Below, piece by piece: positions 49,255 to 63,207 of a stretch of DNA of 64,000 nt. This DNA comes from Mobula hypostoma (taxonomy: Eukaryota), in the NCBI RefSeq assembly GCF_963921235.1, contig NC_086110.1, positions 18,104,001 through 18,168,000 of the forward strand, in the 5' to 3' direction. The position numbers and the translations under genes are program-made. The stretch's first letter is position 1, and each line of letters begins with the position of its first letter. The notes beneath the pieces are model-generated. The model was not told the origin of the DNA. It searched no databases and saw only the letters and a list, made by a program, of their open reading frames with translations.

Positions 49255-49908
49255 GATGCTAGCCTTTATTAGTCAAGGCATTGAGTTCAAAAGTCAAGAA
49301 GTTATGCTGCAGCTTTATAAAACTCTAGTTATGGCACATCTGGAGCATTGCATACATTTCTGATTGTGCCACTATAGGAAGAATGTAAAGGCTTTGGAGA
49401 GGGGTGCAGAAGAGGTTTGCCAGGATGCTGGCTGGATGAGAGAGCATGGGCTATAATGAGAGCTTGGACAAACTTAGGATGTTTTTTTTCCAGAACAGTG
49501 GAGGCTGCAGGGAGATTTGATCAAGGATTATAAGATTATGAGAGGCATAGACAGAGTTGACAATATCTCTTAGCAAGTGTTGAAATGTCTAATACCAGAG
49601 GTCATGCATCAAGGTGAAATGAGGTCATTTCAAAGTTGCTGTGAGGGTCAAGAATTTTTTTCTCCCCCACAGAGAATGGTTAGTGCCTGGAATGAGCCAC
49701 CTGGGGTGGTGGTAGAGGCAGATACATTAGAGTCTTATAAGAGAAGTTTAGATAGGCACATGATTGTGAGGGAAATGGAAGGATATGGACATTGTGTAGG
49801 CAGAGGGTAGTTAGTTTAAGTGGCCACTTGATTATTAATTTAATTGATTCAGCACAGCATTGTGGGCAGAAGGGCCTGTTCCTGTACTGTAATATTCTAT
49901 GTTTTATG
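49255..49908 (+). mobile_element. CR1 LINE 3' fragment, decayed
   Basis: RT C-terminal remnants and the 3' end gggcagaagggcctgttcctgtactgtaatattctatgtt. Confidence 0.8.
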
Positions 49909-50545
49909 TGTAGGGTTCTCAGTAATACTAGTTGGACTGGTAATCCCTTATTACCAAAATGGCTTCTCTGAAGTGCTATAGTAAAATGGCTTCTCGTACT
50001 GTTAACTGCTGAGCAAGGGGTTCTCTGTAACAGTGATGTTTGAGTTATACTATGTAATAATGGAAATTGTATTCATTTACCAGCCAATGGAAGTCATGTT
50101 ATATTATCTTGTATATGTGTGCTGAGTTGAGGAGTGCGGGCTTTTTTGGGAGGCAAGCAGAGAGGACGGATGTGTGGAGAACGGACAGCGGTTCCAGGGC
50201 GGCAGATACCGGACCTCGGGGGTTCGGGTGGTAGCCAGAGTCTCGGAAGGACGTTGTGGATGGAATCGGAGGCATGAGCTCCAACGTATTAAAATATTAC
50301 GTGCACAAGACTGATAAGTTACTTATGTGGCACCTTTTCTTTTAGTTGTTGCTACTAACCCATCACCAAAATTTGCTATAAAGTATAATTCTTTACTTGC
50401 ATTTGGTATATTGTTTCATATTTTTGTCGTGGCTGATCATTGGGTGCCTCACACTGTATCTGCCCCAAAGCATTTGCACTGTTTGGTGGGGTTGACGGCT
50501 ATTCACCCTAGGCAAACGGAGTCAGTTGGGGCAAAGGCCGTTACA
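49909..50545. mobile_element. Probable solo LTR
   Basis: TGTA...TACA termini, imperfect 4-bp flanks tatg / tttg, short internal repeats (aaaatggcttctc) and a CpG-richer middle. No coding evidence. Confidence 0.5.
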
Positions 50546-50559
50546 TTTGTACATCAGCA

Positions 50560-51995
50560 AGGAGTGCTATGTGGAGTACTTCGCCATGTATTCAACATGA
50601 GCCTGAGGCTCCGGAGGGTTCCTGTACTGTGGAAGATGTCCTGCCTCGTCCCTGTGCCGAAGACGCCGTGCCCCAGCGGCCTCAATGACTACAGACCGGT
50701 GGCATTGACCTCCCACGTCATGAAGACCCTGGAGAGACTTGTTCTGGAGCTGCTCCGGCCTATGGTCAGGCCACACTTAGATCCCCTCCAGTTCGCCTAC
50801 CAGCCCCAACTAGGAGTTGAGGATGCCATCGTCTACCTGCTGAACTGTGTCTACGCCCACCTGGACAAGCCAGCGAGCACTGTGAGGGTCATGTTTTTTG
50901 ACTTCTCCAGTGCGTTCAACACCATCCACCCTGCTCTGCTGGGAGAGAAGCTGACAGCAATGCAGGTGGATGCTTCCCTGGTGTCATGGATTCTTGATTA
51001 CCTGACTGGCAGACCACAGTACATGTGCGACAGAGTGATCAGCAGCACTGGGGCTCCACAGGGGACTGTCTTGTCTCCCTTTCTCTTCACCATTTACACC
51101 TCGGACTTCAACTACTGCACAGAGTCTTGTCATCTTCAGAAGTTTTCAGATGACTCTGCCATAGTTGGATGCATCAGCAAGGGAGATGAGGCTGAGTACG
51201 GGGCTACAGTAGGAAACTTAGTCACATGGTGTGAGCAGAATTATCTGCAGCTTAATGTGAAAAAGACTAAGGAGCTGGTGGTAGACCTGAGGAGAGCTAA
51301 GGTACCGGTGACCCCTGTTTCCATCCGGGGTGTCAGTGTGGACATGGTGGAGGATTACAGATACCTGGGGATACGAATTGACAATAAACTGGACTGGTCA
51401 AAGAACACTGAGGCTGTCTACAAGAAGGGTCAGAGCAGTCTCTATGTCCTGAGGAGACTGAGGTCCTTTAACATCTGCCGGACGATGCTGAGGATGTTCT
51501 ACAAATCTGTGGTGGCCAGTGCTATCATGTTTGCTGTTGTGTGCTGGGGCAGCAGGCTGAGGGTTGCGACACCAACAGAATCAACAAACTCATTCGTAAG
51601 GCCAGTGATGTTGTAGGGATGGAACTGGACTCTCTCACGGTGGTGTCTGAAAAGAGGATGCTGTCTAAGTTGCATGCCATCTTGGACAATGTCTCCCATC
51701 CACTACATAATGTACTGGGTGGGCACAGGAGTACATTCAGCCAGAGACTCATTCCACCGAGATGCAGCACAGAGCGTCATAGGAAGTCATTCCTGCCTGT
51801 GGCCATCAAACTTTACAACTCCTCCCTGAGCCAATAGGCTGGTCCTGGACTTATTTCATAATTTACTGGCATAATTTACATATTACTATTTAACTATTTA
51901 TGGTTTTATTACTACTTATTATTTATGGTGCAACTGTAATGAAAACCAACTTCCCCCGGGATCAATAAAGTATGACTATGACTATGACTATGACT
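50560..51995 (+). mobile_element. Rex1/Babar-type LINE, 5'-truncated, largely open RT
   Basis: NDYRPVALTSHVMKTLE, DPLQFAY, FFDFSSAFNTI, GAPQGTVLSPFLF and QKFSDDSA motifs. AATAAA followed by a (TATGAC)n tail. Confidence 0.92.
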
Positions 51996-52374
51996 AAATG
52001 GCATACGTCATTATGCCATCAAATCATACATGCACAGTTCACTTGGCAGAAAACATAACACACACTACAAAGACTGCAGATTGACATATATAGAGGATAT
52101 GAAGCAGCATCTTTTCAAAAGCAGAAAAATTTGGACACACTTAGCAAACGGATGGCATATAAGACAGCTTCTCTGTAACTGCTAGACTTTGTTCTAATTG
52201 TTATTGTTTACCTTGTTCTAACTCAGTGTACTGTGTAATGAGTTCATCTGTATGAGTAGTGTGATAATTCAGATAGTTCCCTTGTACAAGGTGTTCTCTT
52301 GACATCATGATCAACGTTCCCTCTAATTTCTTTCACAGCCATGTGGACCAATCACTGCTCTGAACATTACTAGA

Positions 52375-53965
52375 CAGAAGGCTCTTGGGAAACCGAAAGG
52401 TCTGAAGGGAGATAAGTTCCCTGGACCACAAGGTGTACACGCCAGAGTTCTGAAAGAGGTGGCTGAAGAGATCATGGAGGCATTCGTAATGATGGTTCAA
52501 GAATCACTGGATTCTGGAATAGTTCCAGAAGACTGGAAGATTGCAATGTCATTCCACTCTTCAAGAAAGGAGAGAGGCAGAAGAAAGGAAACTGTAGGCC
52601 AGTTAGTCTGACCTCAGTGTTTGGGAAGATATTGAAGTCAATCATTAAGGATGAGATCTCAGTGTACTTGGATGCACATGATAAAATAGGCCACAGTCAG
52701 CATGGCTTCCTCAAGGCAAAATCTTGCCTGACAAATCTGTTGGAATTCTTTGAAAAAATAACAAGCAGAATAGACAAAGGAGAATCATGGATGTCGACAA
52801 GGTGCCACACACGACGCTGCTTAATAAGCTACGAGCCCATGGTATTGTAGGATAAGTTCTAGCATGGATAAAGCAGTGGCTGATTGGCGGGAGGCAAAGA
52901 GTGAGAATAAAGGGAACCTTTTCTGGTTGACTGTCGGTGACTAGTGGTGTTCCACAGGAGTCTGTGTTGGGACTAATTCTTTTTATATTATATGTGAATA
53001 ATTTGGGTGATAGAATTCATGGCTTTGTGGCCAGGTTTGCAGATGATATGGAGACAGGTGGAGGGGCAGATAATTTTGAGGAAGTAGAGAGGTTACAGAA
53101 GGACAGAAAGATTAGGAGAATGGGCAAAGAAGTGGCAGATGGAATACAGAGTAGGGAAGTGTATGGTCATGCACTTTGGTAGAAGAAATGAAAGGGTAGA
53201 CTATTTTCTAAATGAAGAGAAAATACAAAAAAAATTGAGGCACAAAGGGACTTGGGAGTCTGTGGGCAGGGTTCCCTAAGGGTTAATTTGCAGATTGAGT
53301 CTGTGGTGAGGAAGGCAAATGTGATGTTAGCACTCATTTCAAGAGCACAGGAATAGAAAAGCAAGGATGTAATGTTGAAACTTTATAAAGCACTGGTGAG
53401 GCCTCACTTGGAGTATTGTGAGGAGGTTTGGGCCCCTTATCTTAGAAACGATGTGCTAAAACTGGACAGGGTTCATAGGAGGTTCACAAAAATGATTCCA
53501 GGAGTGAACGGTTTCTCATATGAAGAGCGTTTGATGGCTCTGGGCCTGTATTCACCAGGATTCAGAAGAATGAGGGGAGACCTCATTGGAACCTATTGAA
53601 TGTTGAAAGGCCTTGAAAGAGTGGGTATGGAGAAGATGTTTCCTATGGTGGGAGAGTCTAAGACCAGAGAAAACAGCCTCAGAATAGAGGGTGTCCCTTT
53701 AGAACGGAGATGAGGAGGAATGTCTTTAGCCATAGTCGTGAATCTGTGGAATCCTTTGTCACAGGCAGCTGTGAATGCCAAGTCTTTATGTGTATTTAAG
53801 GCAGAGGTTGATAGATTCTTAAAGGTCAGGGCATGAACAGATACGGGGAGAAGGCAGGAGATTGGGGCTGAGAGGAAAATCGGATCAACCATGATGAAAA
53901 GGCAGAGCAGACTAGATGGTCAAATGGCTTAATTCTGTACTATATCTTATTTTCTCTTATGGGCT
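52375..53965 (+). mobile_element. CR1 LINE, 5'-truncated, decayed RT
   Basis: SQHGFLKAKSCLTNLLEFFE, TSGVPQESVLG, RFADD and LVRPHLEYC motifs, followed by the CR1 3' UTR. Confidence 0.9.
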
Positions 53966-54109
53966 AAACACACATCCCCATGGCATGCCAGTGTTGACTG
54001 TCAACAAAGTGGAAATGTTACTTCCAATCTGCACAGATTATGGTCTACTGGTTAAGAAGTCAAGGATCCACTGCCTTAATTTACAACTTTATCTTGAATG
54101 CCAAATGAC

Positions 54110-56320
54110 TGAGCCTTCTTGCCCAACCTCCCATGTGGCGTCCTTGTCAAAGGCCTTGTAGTGAACCATTGACTGCCTTGCCTTTATCGACTTTCCTGGT
54201 GACTTTCTTAAAAAAAAATCTCTGCAAGATTGGTTCGACATGACCTCCCATGTACACAGCTATGCTGAATATCTCTAATCAGTCACTGTCTATCCAAATA
54301 CTAACATATATGTTGCCTCAGAAAAACTTCCAATAACTTACCCACTACTGATGTCAGACTTACCGCCCTATAATTTCCTGGTTTATACTTAGTACCTTTC
54401 TTTAACAATGAACAACGAACAACATAGGCTATCCTCCAAACCTCTTGCACGTCACCCGTGGCTAAGGATGTTTTAAATACCTTTTGTGGGCCCCTGCAAT
54501 TTCTGCGCTAGCCTCCCACAGGGTCCAAGGGAACACTTTGTCAGGCCTTGGGGATTTATCCACCCTATTTTCCCCAATAGAGCAAATACCTCCTGCTCTG
54601 TAATCTGTATTCAGTCCATGACCTCACTGCTGTTTTGCCTCAGTTCTATAGGTTCTGTGCCCGTCTCCCAAGTAAACGCAGATCCAAAAAAATCAATTTA
54701 AGACCTCTTCCATCTCTTTTGACAGTACATAGATGACCACTCTGATCATCCAGAGGAACAATGCTTTCCCTTGCTATCCTTTTGCTCTTAATAGGTATAA
54801 GACCTTGGGATTCTCTTTCCTCTTGTCTGCTAGAGCAACATCATGCCTTCGTTTAGCTTCCTGATTTCCTTCTTGTGTGTTCTCTTGCATTTCTTATATT
54901 CCTCTAGTACCTCTACCTCACTTTCTCCTGCTTACCTATACCTGCTGCACACCTCCTACTTTTTCTTAACCAGGGCCTCAATATCTCTTGAAGATAAAGG
55001 TTCACTAAAACCTGATAACCTTGCCTTTTATTCTGACAGGAACATATAAACTCTGTTCTCTCAAAATTGCACTTTTGAAGGCCTCGCACATATCAAGTAC
55101 ACAGAACACAACCTGTCCCAATCCACACTTGCCAGATCCTTTCTGATACCATCAAAATTGGCCTTTCTCCAACTGACAATCTCAACCGGAGGACCACACA
55201 TATGCTTCTCTATAATTATCATGAAACTAATGGCATTATGTTTGCTGGACGCAAAGTGTTCCCGTATACAAACTTCTGCCACCTGCCCTGTCTCATTCCC
55301 TAATGGAGATCTCATATTGCACTTTGTTTAGTTGGGACCTCCTTGGACCTATTAAGGAAACTTCCCTGAACACACTTGAGAAACTCTATCCTATCCAGTG
55401 TTTTTACAGTTTGAGAGTCCCAATCAATATGTGGGAAGTTAAAATCATCTTCTATCACAATCTTATGTTTCTTGCAACAGCCTGAAAACTCTCTATAAAT
55501 TTGCTCCTCTAAACCACGCAGATTGTCCGATGGTCTATAATGTAATACCATGAATATGGCCATCCCTTTCTTATTCCTCAGTTCCACCCATATTGCCTCA
55601 GTAGACAAGCTCTCCTAGTGAGGCCACCCCTCCTTCCCTTAATCCTTCCCGCTCTAAAATGTCCAAAATAATGGAACCATGGAACACTGAGCTGCCATTC
55701 CTGCCCCTCCTTAAGCCAAGTCTCACTTAAGGCTCTAATGCCATCATTCCACATGCTGATCCATCCTCTAAGCCCATCTGCCTTACCTACAATAACCCTT
55801 GGATTGAAATGTACACAACTCAGAACATTGGTCCTACCATACTCAACCACTGCGTTCCTGATTTTGTACATAGGCAGGCTTAACAATATCTTTTGCCACA
55901 ACCACTCCACTATCAGCTCTGGCACTTTGGTTTCTATCCCTCTGAAACTCTGGTTTGAAAGTTAGAGCAGTAGCAAGTAAATGTCCCACAAGGATATCAG
56001 TCTCCCTTCAGTTCAGATGCAAGTTGTCCCTTCTGTACAGGTCCCACCTTCCCTGGAAGAGAGCCCAATGAACCAAAAATCTGAAGCCCTCCCTCCTACA
56101 CTCATCTCCTTAGCCATGTGTATGATCTGTATGATCTTCCTGTTTCTGGCCTTGTTAGCACGTGGGAACAGGTAGCAATCCTGAGATCACAACCTTGGAA
56201 GTCCTGTCCTTTGACTCCCTGAAAGCACTTTGCAGAACCTCGTCACCGTGTCTACACATGTCACTGGTATCAACGTGGGCCACGACTTCTGGCTACTCAC
56301 CCTCCCACTTAAGAACAGCA
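54110..56320 (-). mobile_element. CR1 LINE remnant: ORF1 esterase-like fragment, APE endonuclease, start of RT
   Basis: The minus strand gives ALSETWL, EAIWVEL..YRP, DFNFPHIDW and SKHN. A HV.T.D-like motif near 56260-56285 fits a CR1 ORF1 esterase. Confidence 0.8.
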
Positions 56321-57149
56321 GTGAGAGGGAGACTAGTCAAACACAAGCAGGTGGCACTGACCACCCATTCGTTTTCAACTCTCATCCTCATCGATTCCAA
56401 TCTCGCTTCATGCTTCAATCAGTGCGGAGTCATGGAGCCGACTACGGGATCATGTTCCGCCATTAGGAATCGACGCAGCCACCTCCAGGTACAGCCATTG
56501 CTGCATTCCAAAGCCTCCAAGAGATCGCAGAAGTGCCAGATCATTCAGTTGCCAGAAAATACATTCTTAAAAAGGAAATTGCGGGCTGCAATTGATCACA
56601 GTTCAGAAGAAGACAAAGTATATCTAGAAGAAGGAGAGTATCCAGTAGTTTTGTAAGCTGTCTGCATGATGTCGCTGTTGGTCACCAGCGCGATCGTGCA
56701 GTAAGTACCATTCAAAACAAAATGGAAAGCAGGGCTCTGAGGAAGAATCTGAAATTAAAACTTCTATCTTTGCAGATGCTGACAGACTTGCTGTGCATTT
56801 CCTCTATTTTCCACTTTTATTTTGTCGGCCTCTGTGTCTTGCCAGAAGTTCACAACTTAAGAATAGGAGACATACCTGTCGGTTTAGTTGGAAGACTAGA
56901 ATGGGGGCAGGGATAGCAGGGGTGTTAAAGAAGATCGAATAAAACTGATGTATGCATAGTAATAGATTGCTCAAGGAGATTTGATACATGATCCTGCATT
57001 TACTGTAAGCAATAAGACTTATTATATAATTAAATTAATAAACTCCATATGTTTCAGTCAGAGATTGAAATACACTAGGTCAGAATACCTTACAAAACTT
57101 CCCTAAAGCTCTGCAAGCAAGATCTGGTACCAAATGAGAACCAGGTGAT

Positions 57150-58830
57150 CACAAGAACAGAAGAAATAGGAGCAGGAATAGGCCATTTGGTCCAGAGCTG
57201 AGCCATCAATCAATAACAGCATGGCTAATCTTCTACCTCAACATGATTACCTGACCTTGTCCCTTCATCCACGAATTCCTCTAACATCCATCAGCACAGT
57301 ACCTGCTGCTCTTATAGGACCTTATGACCTAATGACATGGGAGAGGAATTAGGCCATTTTGCCCATCAAGTCAGCTCAAATAGTGCATCATGGCTGATTT
57401 ATTATCCTTGTCCTGTCTTCTTCCCGTAACCTTAGATGTCCTTAGTAACCAAAAACGTATCAACCTCTGCTTCAAAAATACTCAATGACTTGGATTCCAC
57501 AGCTTCACCACTGTCTGGCTAAAGAAATTTCTCCTCATATCTGTTCTAAAGGGATGTCCTTGTATTCCAACACTGAGCCCTCTGGTTGCAGACTCCCCCA
57601 CTATGGGAAACGTCCTCTCCACATCCAATATCGAGACCTTTCAATATTCAAAAGGTTTCAATGAGATCACATAATGTTCTGCTGAAGTCCAGTGAGTACA
57701 GGTCCAGAGCCATTAAAGGCCCACATACATTAACCCTTTCATTCCTGGGAACATTTTTGTGAACTTCCTCTGGACATTCTTCAATGCCCACAAATCTCTT
57801 CTTTATAAATCTCCCTTACAAAATTTCAACATTACAATCTTGTTTTTATATTCCAGTCTTCTCAAAATGAATGCCAACATTGCATTTGCCTTCCTTCCCA
57901 CCAACTCAGTTTACAAGTTACCCTTAAGGAAATTCAGAACAAGGAGTTTCAAATCCCTTATCACCTCTGATTTCTGAACTTGCTCCCCATTTAGAAAATC
58001 ATCTATGCCATTATTCCTTCTCCAAAAATGCATGACCATACACTTCCCTACACTGTATTTCATCTGCCATTTCTTTGTCCATTCTCTTAATCTCCTCCTG
58101 CTTCCTTAACACTACCTCCCCTCCCACCTATCTTTGTATAATCTGCAAACTTGGCCACTAAACCATCAATACCATCATCTAAATCATTGACATATAACAT
58201 AAAAAGAAGCAATCTCCACTAGTCATTGGCACACAACCAGGAATAGCCCCATTTATTCTCACTCTTTGCCTCTTGCAAGTCAGCCAATCTTCTACCTCTC
58301 CTTGGATACAATGAACTCTTGTTAATCAGCCTCATGTGTGGCACCTTGTCAAAGGCCTTCTGAGAATCTAAGTCCACTGACTCTCCTTTGTCAATCCAGT
58401 TTGTTATTTCCTCAAAGAAATCCAACAGATTTGTCAGGCAAGATTTCCCCTTAAGGAAGCCATGCTGACTTTGGTCTATTTTATCATGTGCCTCAAAGTA
58501 GTATCCTTATCAGTGGACTCTGAATTCTTACCAGCCATTGAAGTCATCCTAACTGGCCTACAATTTCCTGTCTTTTGCCTCCTTCCCTTCTTGAAGAGTG
58601 GAGTGACACTTAAAATTTTCCAGTGCTCCAGAACCATTCCCGAATCTACTGATTTTTGAAGGATCATTACTAATGACTCCACAATCTCTTCAGCTACCTC
58701 CTTCAGAACCCCAGAGTGTAGTCCATCTGGTCCATGTGATTTTCCTACCTTCAGACCTTCCAAACTTATGGCATGCTCCTGGTGTCTTCCACAGTGAAGA
58801 CTGGCACAAAATACTCATTGAGTTCACCCA
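57150..58830 (-). mobile_element. CR1 LINE fragments, decayed
   Basis: Minus-strand ORFs KSHGPDGLHSGVLKE, TPLFKKG and QKAFDKVPH. 3' UTR ends near 57150 and 57325. Confidence 0.85.
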
Positions 58831-58857
58831 CTATTTCTTTGTGACCAATTGCTACCA

Positions 58858-61800
58858 CTGTTGTGTGTTTAATATTTGGGTAATATTGTAAATATATTAT
58901 TTGAATAAGTGTTCTATTTAATTTAAATAATTCATAACAAATTTATATATAAAAATGTATTTACACCACACGTTGCATCCGTAAAGCAAACAGTATTATG
59001 AAGGAACCCACGTACCCCTCATACAAACTCTTCTCCCTCCTGCCATCTGGCAAAAGGCACCGAAGCTTTTGGGCTCTCATGACCAGACTATGTAACAGTT
59101 TCTTCCCCCAAGCCATCAGACTCCTCAATACCCAGAGCCTGGACTGACTCCAACCTACTGCCCTCTACTGTGCCTATTGTCTTGTTTTTATTTATTGTAA
59201 TGCCTGCACTGTTTTGTACACTTTATGCAGTCCTGGGTAGGTCTGTAGTCTAGTGTAGTTTTTGTGTTGTTTTACGTAGTTCAGTGTAGTTTTTGTATTG
59301 TTTCATGTAGCAGAATGGTCCTGAAAAACGTCTCAATTTTACTGTGTACTGTACCAGCAGTTATGGTTGAAATGACAATAAAAGTGACTTGACTTGACTT
59401 GATATGTGATTGCATATTTCATGACGCTACCAGTCGTATATTTGCGGCTTGCATGAAGTAAAAACGAAGTACGCATGTTTATCTCTCAGCTCCTTGTTTT
59501 ATCTTTTAATTAATTTAATGTGTTGGAGTTACAAAGCATAACAGTGGTGACAAGGAAGTTTAAGTGAAACCTGAGATGACTACTTTCCTGTTAAAGCACA
59601 GCGACACAATCAAGTTTTTAAAAAAGTACAGTGCGAAACGGTTGAGCAAAAAAAAACAGCAGCACATACTTCTTCAGGAACAACCAGAGACAGTTGAGTT
59701 TTTTAAGAAGGCATAAAATGGAAGAATTCATGTTTTCATAAATATTGAGTATCGGGTGATATTAATTATTAAACAAAAGAGCAGAATTGCCTGCCTACAT
59801 TGGAAAGATAAATGCATTTGAATGCTCAATGGATAAGTGGCTCACATATACTGACCTAACAGAGAAGTATTTTGAAGACAATGAAATAGCCAATGAGAAG
59901 GGAGTACCAATTTTGCTGGGTGCATTAGGTTTAAAGGTGTACAAGTTTGACTAGAACTTTGACTGTTCCCACCAAGCTAGCCAAAATGAGCTTTGTTGAC
60001 ATTGTGAAACTAATGCAGGATCATTTAGAACCAAAGCTATTGTTGATTGCAAAACACTTGAGGTTTCATGAGCAGAATCAAAAAGATGGGGAGTCCACTT
60101 CAACATACATGACCGAATTGAAGAGATTGAGCATCGTCAGTTCAGTGATGAGCTTAATTTTGTATTGAGATTGTTTAGTTTGTGCAATTTTACAAGAAAG
60201 CATTCAAAAATAGCTCCCAACTAAAGCACAACTTACATTTCGAAGAGCAGCTGAAATGGCTGTATCAATCGAAATGGCAATCAGAGATGCAATTGAGTTG
60301 CAGTCAGGAATGAAAGTGAGCATGAAGAAAATTACAAAGTCTAAACAGAAACCAGCCTGGCCAGACAAACTGCATCATCATTGTGGCAGGGGATCACGTA
60401 CACCAGATCAATGTCAATTTAAAGGCAATACTTGCAGAAAATGCAACAAAGTCGGACACATATAAAGAGTATGCCAGGCAGACAAAAATAAATGGTCTAC
60501 ACAGGGAAGAGAAAAGGTTAAAAAGTCAAGTTGCAGTTTCAAAAAAAAAAACACTAATCCACCATGCTGTTGGTAAAAAATCTGATAATGATGGAAGTGA
60601 CACAGGACTTCTCAGTAAATTCTCAGCATTGAGATTTACCATGTGAAAACTATCAGAAATCAACCAATATGACTCACACCAGAAATGAACAGCAACTTAA
60701 GTAAAATAGCTCAGCTCAGTTGTTTCAATCATCTCACAAGAAAATTTGAATGGAATTTCGAAGATATTGAACTGAAGCCTGCAGATATCCAACTAAGAAC
60801 TCATACTGGAGAAAAAATAACTCCTGTGGGAATGACATCCGTAACTGTGAAATACAACAACCAACAAGCCACATTGGGCTTGTATGAGGTAAAAACAGGA
60901 GGGCCAGTATTGTGGGGCCATGATTGGCTGAGACAACTACAACTTGGTTGGAGATCCACCCACAGTTTGCATGGCACACCCCCTGCAATAAAGCCAACTG
61001 AAAGGTGCTGGAAGCTGCCACAGCAATGTTCAAGGATGGCAGTAGAAAACTCAAATATATCAAAGGTAAAGTACTGTTAGTTGAAAATATCACACCCATG
61101 TTTTGAAAAGCCCATCCAGCTCCTTATGCCATCCATGATAAAGTAGCTGGACAGCTAAATTGCATGGAGACTGAGGGAATTCTTTCCAAGGTTGAGTGGA
61201 GCCCTTGTGCAATGTCAGTGGTCCCAGTAGCAAAGAATGGGTCTGTCAGGATCTGTGGTGATTTTAAGGTCACCATCAACCCAGTACTGAAAGCAGTTCA
61301 ATACCCTCTGCCCAGGATAGAGGATACTCTTGCAAACCTTTTTGGAAGGTAACACTTCAGCAAAGTGGACTTAGCTGAGGCCTACCTACAGATAGAGATG
61401 GAAGAAGAGTCCAAAGTGTTTCTCACAAAGAGTTTTATCACTATGATAGGCTTGATTTTGGAGTAGCATCTGCACCTGCACTCTGACAGGAAGCCATGAC
61501 CAGGTACTGCAAGGCTGCCCAGGCAGTCAGTGTTACCTGGGTGACATCATTGCTGCTGGTAAGGATGACAAGGCTACATCTCCAAAATCTCAGGACAGTG
61601 TTAAAAAAAATAGAAGATTATGAGCTAAAGCACAACACAAGTGTCAATTGTTTTCAACCAATCAACTGTGGTCACACTTTTGAATCACAAGGATAACACA
61701 CGTGTGCCGAGAAAATTCAAGCAGTGGTGGATGCCCCAAAGGACGTGTTACAATTGCAATCATTTTTAGGATTTGTCAATTACTACAAGTTCCTGCTAGT

Positions 61801-62030
61801 GTGCTCTACCCTTTAAACTCTTTACTACAGATCAGGAAGAAATGGCAATGGACAAAGCAGTGTGAGGTGGCTTTCCCAATGGCAAAGGAAATGCTGGTGT
61901 CAGACAGTCTACTCGCACATTATTCTCCTCACCATACAGTGAAGCTTGCCATGCCTTAGAATGCCAACACGTTCAGAAGAAAGGTATCCAGAGCTCTCAG
62001 AATCACTTCCTGCAGTCCCAGAGTCAACTC
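58858..62030 (+). mobile_element. Gypsy/Ty3 LTR retrotransposon remnant (same family as 38628-41232); LTR interrupted by a Rex fragment
   Basis: The LTR ends in cataaca, followed by PBS-like gtggtgacaagg (~59544). Gag CRKCNKVGH and RT VVPVAKNGSVRICGDFKVTIN...YPLPRIED are present. Confidence 0.87.
58960..59402 (+). mobile_element. Rex1/Babar-type 3' fragment nested in the Gypsy LTR
   Basis: Near-identical to ~860-1300, with a (GACTT)n tail. Confidence 0.9.
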
Positions 62031-62339
62031 TGGCTAAATAAATTATTCCTCATCTCTGTTGTAAGTGGACTTCTCTCAATTCTGAGGCAGTGCCCTCTGG
62101 TCCTACTTCATCTGTAGTCTGGCCTCTATCCTTTAACCTGTTTGGGGTGCGTGACTCAACCAAGAATCAAATCACAAGTTCCTGACTCCAGCCAACATAG
62201 CTCTCCCAGTAATTAAGCCATGCAAGCCTGCAAGCCCTATGACAAGGTTGTGGTTGTCTTTGAGTTTGCAGTATAAAGGAAATAAATAAACCACAAAGGA
62301 TTTGCATGCAAAATAGCATGCGATTAGGAAAGCTGGTGC

Positions 62340-62880
62340 CCTTTATTGCTTGTTGACTGAAAAAAAAGGAGGAAAATTTTCAGGAAAGCTTACAGGCGGC
62401 TGTTGACACTGCACCTCAAGTACTGCAGCAAGTTTTGCTCTTGGTACTTAGGCAAGGGTGTGCTTACAATGAAGGCAGCAAACAAATGTTCACGCAGTCG
62501 ATTCGTGAGATGAAGTTGTTGACATACGAAGACAGGGTGAGCAGACTGACCCTGTAACTCAATGGAGTATCGGCAAGTGAAAGGTGATCATATTGAAACA
62601 TTCTGGGTGGGTAATGACGGGGGGATGCTGAGAATATGTTCCCAATTACAGAGAGATCTCCCACTAGGAGGCACAGTTTCAGAATAACAAGATGCCCACT
62701 GTAAACATAAGTGAATAGGTATTTCTTCTCTTTGGAGGTTGAGACTCCAGTTCAGAGATATGGGGAGAGATTGGGAAAGCTTGTTAGATCCAGGTCAGTC
62801 GTGATCTCATGGAATGCCAGACAGATTTAAGGGGCTGATTAGTTACTTCAGCTTTTATCCACCAACGTTCTTCTAATTTA
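62340..62880 (+). mobile_element. Highly decayed CR1 3' fragment
   Basis: Remnants such as ctgcacctcaagtactgcagca and acatacgaagacagggtgagc. Confidence 0.5.
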
Positions 62881-62924
62881 ATTTGAATCAAGACTGTAGA
62901 CAGGTTTGAAGTGTTTCCCAGTAT

Positions 62925-63207
62925 TTAGTTATTGAGGTAGAGCATGGGATAGGCCCTTCAGCCCTTCCAGCCATGCTGCCCAGCAATCCCCGATTTAATA
63001 TTAACCTAATGGCGGGACAATTTACAGTAACCAATTAACTTATCCACTGGTATGTCTTTGGACAGTGGGAGGAAGTGAGAGCGCCCGGAGGAAACCCACA
63101 CGGTCACGGGGAGAACATACAAACTTCTTCCAGGCAGCGGCAGAAATTGAACCCCGGTCGCTGGTACTGCAAAGCGATGTGCTGACCACTACGCTATCGT
63201 GCTGGCC
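62925..63207 (-). mobile_element. tRNA-derived V-type SINE
   Basis: The minus strand gives gatagcgtagtggtcagc (A box), ggttcaatttc (B box) and ttctccccgtgaccgtgtgggtttcctccgggcgctc (V domain). Confidence 0.8.

Noticed and set aside
50327-51616. 429-aa ORF as a host gene
   Set aside because: It is the RT of a truncated Rex-type LINE fused by chance to upstream LTR-like sequence, with a deletion in RT and a frameshift near 51570.
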